Below are positions 56,769 to 64,000 of a stretch of DNA of 64,000 nt, piece by piece; the first letter of the stretch is position 1, and the number at the start of each line of letters is the position of its first letter. This DNA comes from Candidatus Undinarchaeales archaeon (lineage in GTDB: Archaea > SpSt-1190 > JASMDC01), in NCBI GenBank assembly GCA_030753015.1, contig JASMDC010000001.1:64001-128000 (forward strand). Reading direction: 5' to 3'. The position numbers and the translations under genes were made by a program. The notes beneath the pieces were generated by a model. It worked only from the letters and a program-made list of their open reading frames with translations, made no database searches and was not told the DNA's origin.

Positions 56769-57410
56769 CTACTCTTCGTCCACGAACCTGGCGATATCCG
56801 TCTGGACCGACTTGGCGTCGTAGCGCTCCTTGAAGATTCGCCAGATTTCCTCGTGCACGACCATCTCGTCACGATCGCCGTCCACGATGACCATGTGATG
56901 GCGGCGCGCAAGCTCATGGTACTTCTTCCGAACTCCCGTGAGGAACTCCACGTTCTCGAACTTCTCGCCTTCGTAGTGGAGGACCTGTTCCTTCCGCTTC
57001 ATGGTCACCTCGGGAGATACGTCGATGAGGATGGTGAGGTCGGGCATGAGCGCGAACTCGTGCATGCTGCGGATGAGCGTCTCGTCCACACCCTTCATGG
57101 TCTGGTAGGCGATGGACGAGAACAGATAGCGCTCGCACAGAACAACCTTGTTCTCATTCAGAGCGGGGAGAATGAGCTTGTCCACGTGCTCGGCACGGTC
57201 CGCCGCGAAGAGGAAGCAGTCGGTAAGGGGGTGGATGTCCCCCATCTTGAGGACGATCTTGAGGAAATATCCCGTAAGTGTTTGAGTGGGCTCGCGGGTC
57301 GCGAGTATCTCGAAACCCTCCTTACGCATGCGTCGTTCCATGAGCCAGAGCTGAGTACCCTTTCCGGATCCGTCGATACCCTCGAGCACGCAGAAGAACG
57401 GCTTGCCCAT
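56769..57410 (-). CDS. tmk: Thymidylate kinase
   Basis: EGIDGSGKGTQ, TREP, LFAADRAEH, ERYLFSSIAYQ. Confidence 0.95.
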   Translation of the reverse strand: MGKPFFCVLEGIDGSGKGTQLWLMERRMRKEGFEILATREPTQTLTGYFLKIVLKMGDIHPLTDCFLFAADRAEHVDKLILPALNENKVVLCERYLFSSIAYQTMKGVDETLIRSMHEFALMPDLTILIDVSPEVTMKRKEQVLHYEGEKFENVEFLTGVRKKYHELARRHHMVIVDGDRDEMVVHEEIWRIFKERYDAKSVQTDIARFVDEE

Positions 57411-57509
57411 GGCGGGGGAGGGATGGGCAAAGAAATAAAAATCCGCCGTCAGGGTTCGTTGAGGTCGTCTGCGAACGATTTAAAAATCTTGGGCCGGTAG
57501 CCGAACACG

Positions 57510-58817
57510 ATGGAGGCTCTTTACGTTCAGCAGTTTGCCGATACCCGCAAGCATCTCGAGACCAGTACCCGCATCATCCCCACGATGGTCGTCGGGTGCG
57601 AGTCCACGAGGGACGTGTGGATCAACTTCTCAAGCCTTGACGAGATCAAGCGGTTCTCGAACAGGTACGAGGGCAAGCTCAAACCGTACCTCGACCTCGC
57701 CCATATGTGGATCTCCAAGGGCAAGGGGGACGAGCGCGTCATCGATGGCAACTCACAGGAGGCAGACGAGCTTATCCGGGAGCTGCGCGACAGGGGAGTG
57801 AAAATCAAGAACTCGCTGGGCGGGAACGGCGCCCTGGAGTCCTCGGCCCTCAAGGCACTTGGGGCCAACGTAGTCTTCGTCGGGAACATATTCCCCAAGG
57901 TGCTCAAGCGGCTCCCCAATCGTTCCAAGAAATACTTCGAGTTCGTCGACTTCGATTTCGCCATCACTCTTGACGAGCTCGATCCCAAGTCGCTCATTAT
58001 CCAGGCCGGCGGAACTGACCGCTTTATCCTCTGCGACGGAGAGGGCCGACGCTGGGAACACCTTCGGGACTACGTTGACAGCATCCCTAATATCGTCGAG
58101 GAGGTCAGCGAGACATACGGCATCATCGACTCGGTCAATCTCGTGGGCTGGCATGTCGTGTTCGCTACCGACAAGAACGGCCTTGACAAGGTATCCGACC
58201 TCGTTGACAAGGTGCGTGGGAACACGCGGTTCCTCTTCACCGATACTGGAGCGCTCACCAAGACCTCCAACATGGACCGGAAGTTCCTATTCGAAAAGGT
58301 CTACGACAAGTTCGACGTACTCTCGGTGAACGAGATCGAGCTCGAGCAGCTCCACGAGGCCCTCTTCCCTCGGAAGGGCGACCAAGTGACCCAGATGGCA
58401 GATATACTCGGCGCTGCCAAGAACCTCAAGGCCATCTGGCTCCACACGAGGACACACCACGTCTGTGTTAAAAAGAAGGACTTCCTCACCCTGGATACCA
58501 TCATCAAGGCGCAGAACTTCGCTGCGATAGCCGGTGTGCTCAGGGTGGAGACCGGTCGGTATCCCCGAATGGACGAGATGATCGATCGGTTCAACACCCT
58601 CAATTTCTCCGAGGAGGGTATCTCTGCCGCTGAGAAGATAGTAGAACAGTACGGGGCGGAGTCGAAGGACGGTACTTTCACCGTCGGGGGAATGGAAGGA
58701 AGCATCGTGCCCGGCCTGGAATGCCTGGACTTCGAGTCCGAAGTGGGTGCCGGCGACGCTTCGTCCTCTGCGTTCACTTACATGCTCTCGGTGCTGGGAC
58801 GGAAAAGTGGAGTTTGA
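57510..58817 (+). CDS. ADP-dependent glucokinase/phosphofructokinase family protein
   Basis: GKGDER, LGGNG, DRFI, SVNEIEL, LHTR, VGAGD catalytic motif. Confidence 0.8.
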   Translation: MEALYVQQFADTRKHLETSTRIIPTMVVGCESTRDVWINFSSLDEIKRFSNRYEGKLKPYLDLAHMWISKGKGDERVIDGNSQEADELIRELRDRGVKIKNSLGGNGALESSALKALGANVVFVGNIFPKVLKRLPNRSKKYFEFVDFDFAITLDELDPKSLIIQAGGTDRFILCDGEGRRWEHLRDYVDSIPNIVEEVSETYGIIDSVNLVGWHVVFATDKNGLDKVSDLVDKVRGNTRFLFTDTGALTKTSNMDRKFLFEKVYDKFDVLSVNEIELEQLHEALFPRKGDQVTQMADILGAAKNLKAIWLHTRTHHVCVKKKDFLTLDTIIKAQNFAAIAGVLRVETGRYPRMDEMIDRFNTLNFSEEGISAAEKIVEQYGAESKDGTFTVGGMEGSIVPGLECLDFESEVGAGDASSSAFTYMLSVLGRKSGV

Positions 58818-59844
58818 TAAGTCGTGGGACACTGGCGTAAAGATAGCCGGTGCCCTGCTCGTTATCCTCACGCTGTACCTCTTCTCGCCCTTCATCGGGG
58901 ATATCGTGTTCGCCCTTCTGCTCGCATACATAGCGCTCCCGCTGCGACGTTCTGTTAAGGGGCACGTGGCCAACCGTGACTTGATGGCCTTCATCACGAC
59001 GACACTCATCATACTCGGTATAGTGCTCCCTGCACTGCTCGGGTTGCGCTTCATGCAGGGCAAGATAGTCGTAGGAATGCAATATCTTGTGGACCAGGGC
59101 ATCTTCTCACATGAACATCCGCTTGTACAGCTCATATTCCAGGAATGGGAGCAGTTCCAGGAGATGACCACACTCCTCAATGCCGTGTTCGACGAACCCT
59201 ACATTGGTCCCGTGCTCGACCAATTCGCTCTGCTCATAGCCACGCTCCCGGAACGCGTCATCCATCTATTCATGTTCCTCGTGTTCCTATTCTACTTCAT
59301 CCGGGACGGCCCGGAGTTCCACGATAAAGTCCTCGATTATCTTCCGAAGAAGCAACGGACGCGGGTGGAGGAATACCTCCACGTGGCCGATATAGCGATC
59401 TATGCCACCATCTTCGGACGGTTCATCACGGGAATCGTCTGTGCGTTCGCCTCCGCCTCTGGGCTCTATATACTAGGTGTCCCCAACGCTACCCTGTTGG
59501 GAGTGGCCGCAGGCATAATCTTCATCATTCCCCAAATAGGTGTGTGGATCCTCTACATCCCCCTTTCGGCCTACTGGGCTTCCATGGGCCAGCTGGGACT
59601 GGGGGGGCTCATCCTCTTCCTGGGCATCACGATCGGTCTGTTGGACAATGTGGCCTACTCGCTAATCGTGGGTGACCGGATGCGCCAGCATGGTGTGCAT
59701 CCTATATTCACACTTGTGGGTCTGATGGGAGGCCTTCTGGTGTGGGGATTCAAGGGGCTTGTGCTCGGACCTATCGTCGTAGCCCTTTCAATCAGCTTTA
59801 TCCGGACGATGATCGTCCCCGCTCCCACGCCCCGCAAGAAGTGA
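58807..59844 (+). CDS. AI-2E family transporter
   Basis: FYFIRDG, IPQIG, LDN, HPIFTLVGLMGG...GLVLGP. Confidence 0.9.
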   Translation: MEFDKSWDTGVKIAGALLVILTLYLFSPFIGDIVFALLLAYIALPLRRSVKGHVANRDLMAFITTTLIILGIVLPALLGLRFMQGKIVVGMQYLVDQGIFSHEHPLVQLIFQEWEQFQEMTTLLNAVFDEPYIGPVLDQFALLIATLPERVIHLFMFLVFLFYFIRDGPEFHDKVLDYLPKKQRTRVEEYLHVADIAIYATIFGRFITGIVCAFASASGLYILGVPNATLLGVAAGIIFIIPQIGVWILYIPLSAYWASMGQLGLGGLILFLGITIGLLDNVAYSLIVGDRMRQHGVHPIFTLVGLMGGLLVWGFKGLVLGPIVVALSISFIRTMIVPAPTPRKK

Positions 59845-60324
59845 GCTCACGGCTCGTTTGTGCCCTTCATTGATCGCGTAAGCGACCATCCCTCGTCCGG
59901 GCATCCCGTAGACGACAACGGAACCGAGGGGCGCCAGCATCGTGACTGGGATAGCGGCGAGGTCCTCCTCTCCGGATACCACTACTCGTGCCGGTGGTTC
60001 ACGGAGGCCTTCGGACACGGCGTCCCACAGTGCCTGTGTGACCACGCCTGCTGGATTCTCGCATTTCAGTTCACGGGACTCGTAATCCAGGGCCCGTCGA
60101 TGTTCCTCGATAATAGGATGGCGACGCTCCATCATGTCGATGATGGCAAGATCTGGTACGATACCAAGTGAGATGAGTGTGAACGTAACGCGGTCACCAA
60201 TGCTCACGACGGGATCCTTCCGCTCATCGAGCCAGACGACGAATGAGCTGCCATCCTCGAACAACTTCCCATGGACCATGCGGAGCACATCGAGATCATC
60301 CTCTCGTAGCTCGTAAATGACCAT
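59788..60324 (-). CDS. GTP-dependent dephospho-CoA kinase (DUF359)
   Basis: SIGDRVT, NPAG, GEEDLAAIP, VYGMPGRG. The 3' end overlaps the convergent gene by 57 bp. Confidence 0.88.
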   Translation of the reverse strand: MVIYELREDDLDVLRMVHGKLFEDGSSFVVWLDERKDPVVSIGDRVTFTLISLGIVPDLAIIDMMERRHPIIEEHRRALDYESRELKCENPAGVVTQALWDAVSEGLREPPARVVVSGEEDLAAIPVTMLAPLGSVVVYGMPGRGMVAYAINEGHKRAVSSLLAGRGSGDDHRPDKAD

Positions 60325-60492
60325 GGCGGGATGGGCTCGACGGGAAAGGTATAAGAACCTTGCCGGAAGGGGGCGCGGTGACCTTCCGGGAAGTGGTGGA
60401 AATGCGGCACGAAAACATGTGCGGTGTTTATTTTGTTTAATAATAAAACATAAATATACACACGTATTGCGCAAAATTCTGAATAAACAAGT

Positions 60493-60672
60493 TCATTCTG
60501 TGAGGCCCTCACTTTCCTCGTGAGCGTCCTCAAGGGCCTCCACGATCGCCTTGGCGGGATTGCGCTCTTTCTCAATTTCCTCCTGCTCCAAGCTCTCAAT
60601 TTCTTCTTGTTCCTGGTCCAGAAGCTTCTCTGCGCTCTTAATATCTTGCTCCACATCCTCAAGAAGTCCCAT
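60493..60672 (-). CDS. Small highly acidic protein
   Basis: Glu-rich ORF directly downstream of lhr. Confidence 0.55.
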   Translation of the reverse strand: MGLLEDVEQDIKSAEKLLDQEQEEIESLEQEEIEKERNPAKAIVEALEDAHEESEGLTE

Positions 60673-60705
60673 TGAACACAAAGAGCCGTCCATTCCTTAA
60701 GAACC

Positions 60706-63519
60706 TTATCCCCAGAACCGCTTCGTGCGGAAGAACGTCCTCTCTCCTTCCATGATGTCACGAAGAAGTTCGTTCTCGTTGTCGTGAGGGCGCCCAAGGA
60801 CGCGGGCCGCAGTGCGGGGGCCGATGCCCTTTCCGGCAAGGACCAGTAGAGCTCGTGGTCCATACGAGATGAATAGGTCAGCTGATAGCCTAAGGGACCG
60901 CACTCGGCGTCCATCCTTGGCACCCAGTTTCTCACCGCGGGCATCCCGCTTGAGGAGTGCATCGTCGTCGGATCCCACGGTGGCAAGCAGACGGGCACCG
61001 CAGTTCCCGCATTCCAGGTCATCTGGCACCGTCTTTACCATGAGCGAGGTATCCCATGCGTTGCAGTGCATACAGAAAAGATGGATACGGGTAGAGAGGA
61101 GGCGTTCGCGGAAAATGCGCATGATTTCGGCATCGGGGCGTTCGGGGGACACCACCGTCCGCTTCGGGTGCTCGATGATAGACCGCGCAAGGGGTGAGCA
61201 TCCGCTGGCGTGACCGACTGATAGAGTTCCGTCGGCAATCATTCCGATGACCTCGTTCGTGTGGGGGATGTCGAGCTTCTCGGTGAACACCTCGTTGCGG
61301 GTCTCGCGGGCGAGAAGTGTGCCTGCATAGGCCTCCACGATGCGTTTGAAACTGATGCGTGCATGGTCGGCGTCCTTCTTGATGGCACCAAAGCGTCGGG
61401 CCACGTGCAAGAAGCGCCAGCGATAGAGGGCACTGTCCTCCACGATACGTGTGAGGTCACGCATGAGATGCTCGGTGCCGAGGTTGAGTATCAATCGCTC
61501 CACAAGTTCAGTGTCGGGGGCCCCGGAGAACTCGAGTAGGATTCGGTACGGGTCGGAGCGCATGGTCACGGCGCTGCCATGGTGCAGGGTAATGTAGGAT
61601 GAGAGCAGGAGACCCAGAGTGGCGTTCACTCGCGAACCGAAGCAGGCGTGGACCACCACCGCCGAACCTACGAGCTCGATGACGATGCACCGCTGGTCCG
61701 CCACGAACGGTGTGTCCCGGACCGCTTTGAGCACGGCCTGTGCTCCTGCCTTGTCGAGGGGGTACTCGCTGGTGAGAATGCTCAGCGCGTCCTTGTCATG
61801 AGTTGCCGCTAGCCTGCAGCGCAGCGTCCCGACCTCCTGGGCGACCTCCCACTCCACAGGGATGAGCTCGCCCTCCCATCGGGGGATCGTTCCAACGGAG
61901 CGCCCCACGCGTTCAACGAAGAGGGCATCCTCGTCCATCCCGACGGTCCGCCATGGTCGGCCCCTGCAGATGAATACCGAACCAGGTTCCACGTTCTGGA
62001 CCACGAAGCGCTCGTCGAGGACCCCGATGCGCTCCTGGCCATCTACGGTCACCACCGAGTAGCTGCGCTGGTCGGGGATCATGGAGAGGTTGTTATAGAA
62101 GTAGGTGGAGCCCTTGCGTCGTGCCCCGATGGTCTCCCCATCCCGCCACAGTATGCCCAGGTCACAGAGCAGGTCAACGAGCTCGATGAAGTCGTCGCGG
62201 GAGAGGTCATGGAAGGGTGCGGCAGATGTGATGGTGCGCAGTGCATCCCGGGCGTCCACGGTCCTCTCCTCCTTGGCCAATCCGACCACCTGGTTAGCGA
62301 CGACGTCCATTGGAGCCCGGAACACCTGGACCGGCTCGAGCTCACCGGCCATGGTCCTGCGTGCGACCACCGCCGCCTCAATGCAGTCGTCCGCGTCCAT
62401 AGCGAGCACAAGTCCCCGGGAGACGACATCTGCTCTGTGGCCGGCACGGCCCACCCGCTGCACGAGCCGAGTGGCCTGGCGCGGGGATGTGTACTGGATG
62501 GCGAGGTCCACTGAGCCGACATCGATGCCAAGTTCCATTGAGCTAGTGCAAACGAGGTTCGTGATCTCACCTGCCTTGAACGCACGTTCTGCCTCGATAC
62601 GAGCGGTCTTGGAGAGGGAGGAGTGATGGACATCGGTACCTGAGGACTCATCCCAGATGGCGAACCGAGAGGAGAGCACCTCCGCTTGCTGGCGCGTGTT
62701 CACGAAGGTGAGCACCGAGCGCTCCCTTCGGACGTTCTCTTCGATCGTGCGCACTGCTGATGCCAGCTGGGGGGCGACCAGCAGGCGTTCGGCAAGCTCC
62801 TCATCACCTTCGATGATCGTGGGCATGACGACCGCGATTTCGAGCCGTTTCTCTGTCTCGGCATGCACTATCTCCACGGGACTCCCCGAACCACGGAGGA
62901 ACGCGGCCACCTCTTCCGGCGTTCCTACCGTGGCCGACAATCCAATCCGTTGGATGGGGCCGCCTGCGAGCCTGCACAATCGCTCGAGGGCCACAGCGAG
63001 CTGGCTGCCGCGCTTGTCCACCGCCAGCTCATGGACCTCGTCAACGATGACCATGCGTAGGTTCGCAAGGTGGGTGCGCAGACGCTTTCCTAGGAGCATG
63101 GCCTGGACAGTCTCCGGTGTTGTGATGAGCATATCGGGGGGCTTGAGTGCTTGGCGCCGGCGTGCAGCAGGCGTTGTGTCACCATGCCGGACCTCCACGG
63201 TGAGCCCCAGCTCTTCCCCCCACCACCTCATCCGCTCCATGATGTCTCTGTTGAGAGCGCGGAGAGGGGTGATGTACAGCAAGAGGTTGCCGGAGTGACC
63301 TTCATTCCGCCATTGGAGCATCCTGTGGAAAGCAGGGAGGACGGCAGCTTCCGTCTTTCCTGATCCGGTTGGCGAGATTAGGAGCACGTTGGCGCCAGAG
63401 AAGATACGCGGGATAGCCTCTGCTTGTGCAGGAGTGGGTGCGGTAATTCCCTTACGGTCCAGTAGATGGCGGACCGGGTCTGCGAGCAGTGGGAAGGGAT
63501 TGGAAGTGGCCTTAGCCAA
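60706..63519 (-). CDS. lhr: Lhr-like SF2 helicase (archaeal)
   Basis: PTGSGKT, DEVH, SAT, QRVGRAGH, C-terminal CMHC...CGNC and HhH-like GIGPRTA. Confidence 0.93.
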   Translation of the reverse strand: MAKATSNPFPLLADPVRHLLDRKGITAPTPAQAEAIPRIFSGANVLLISPTGSGKTEAAVLPAFHRMLQWRNEGHSGNLLLYITPLRALNRDIMERMRWWGEELGLTVEVRHGDTTPAARRRQALKPPDMLITTPETVQAMLLGKRLRTHLANLRMVIVDEVHELAVDKRGSQLAVALERLCRLAGGPIQRIGLSATVGTPEEVAAFLRGSGSPVEIVHAETEKRLEIAVVMPTIIEGDEELAERLLVAPQLASAVRTIEENVRRERSVLTFVNTRQQAEVLSSRFAIWDESSGTDVHHSSLSKTARIEAERAFKAGEITNLVCTSSMELGIDVGSVDLAIQYTSPRQATRLVQRVGRAGHRADVVSRGLVLAMDADDCIEAAVVARRTMAGELEPVQVFRAPMDVVANQVVGLAKEERTVDARDALRTITSAAPFHDLSRDDFIELVDLLCDLGILWRDGETIGARRKGSTYFYNNLSMIPDQRSYSVVTVDGQERIGVLDERFVVQNVEPGSVFICRGRPWRTVGMDEDALFVERVGRSVGTIPRWEGELIPVEWEVAQEVGTLRCRLAATHDKDALSILTSEYPLDKAGAQAVLKAVRDTPFVADQRCIVIELVGSAVVVHACFGSRVNATLGLLLSSYITLHHGSAVTMRSDPYRILLEFSGAPDTELVERLILNLGTEHLMRDLTRIVEDSALYRWRFLHVARRFGAIKKDADHARISFKRIVEAYAGTLLARETRNEVFTEKLDIPHTNEVIGMIADGTLSVGHASGCSPLARSIIEHPKRTVVSPERPDAEIMRIFRERLLSTRIHLFCMHCNAWDTSLMVKTVPDDLECGNCGARLLATVGSDDDALLKRDARGEKLGAKDGRRVRSLRLSADLFISYGPRALLVLAGKGIGPRTAARVLGRPHDNENELLRDIMEGERTFFRTKRFWG

Positions 63520-63922
63520 TGTAGGTCACGTCTGCCTCGGGCTTCTTCCCGGGCCGCTTGATGTTGACCGACGGGAGGCTGATCGGGGGAGGGAGCTTGA
63601 GCATGCTCGAGAGCATCACTGTCTGGACGGTACAGTTCTGGAGAATTGAGTTCGCCACGTTCTGAACACTCGCATCTGGTAGACGTTTGGTGCTCTCGAA
63701 GTGCTTGGTGTCCGCCTCATTGCCCTCGAACATCATGGTGCCCTTCATACGGATGTACCCGATGCTCGGGGAGTACTGCACATCGAATCCGAAATGAATT
63801 GCGTAGGTGTTGGACGAGCCCTCCTGCGTTATTTCCTGGAAGTTGACGTTGATACTCACTTCTTTTGGTGCCCGGCTCTCGAACCGCTTGGCTTCAACGA
63901 AGTCGAGGGTGCCCGTCATCAT
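63512..63922 (-). CDS. Conserved archaeal protein, possible SecB-like fold
   Basis: Beta-strand-rich N-terminal half, then a helix and the LPPPISLP motif. Overlaps the lhr start. Confidence 0.7.
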   Translation of the reverse strand: MMTGTLDFVEAKRFESRAPKEVSINVNFQEITQEGSSNTYAIHFGFDVQYSPSIGYIRMKGTMMFEGNEADTKHFESTKRLPDASVQNVANSILQNCTVQTVMLSSMLKLPPPISLPSVNIKRPGKKPEADVTYIG

Positions 63923-64000
63923 GGCTCGGGAGAACGGCCCGGGTGTTTTTATCTCTTTCTGCTGCGTGGTGGGGATGCTCGCTCGCACCGACCTAGAAAA

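Overview
GC-rich archaeal chromosomal window. The archaeal call rests on FEN1, aEF-1beta with its zinc-finger neighbour, RFC small subunit, archaeal ND-AspRS, geranylgeranyl reductase, TrmB, Lhr, an ADP-dependent kinase and TATA-type promoters. The lineage cannot be fixed from sequence alone. The window holds about 60 genes, one tRNA-Gly(CCC) and one non-autonomous IS200/IS605 (tnpB-only) element inserted silently into a stop codon. The best candidate for an undescribed system is an operon at 48144-53672. It encodes HdrC-like and HdrB-like proteins, two paralogous membrane proteins that probably insert in opposite orientations (each with two conserved Cys in hydrophobic segments), a 47-aa membrane peptide, a second membrane-anchored dicluster protein, a NapG/NapH-like pair and a small exported protein. 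Together these suggest a transmembrane electron or sulfur conduit. Other notable items: a 2468-aa Cys-repeat surface protein with a cytoplasmic adaptin-appendage-like domain, a voltage-gated channel lacking the GYG filter, a carbamoyltransferase with a PqqD/RRE-like insertion, and two tandem pairs of unknown paralogs. All family assignments come from motif recognition by eye, not database searches.
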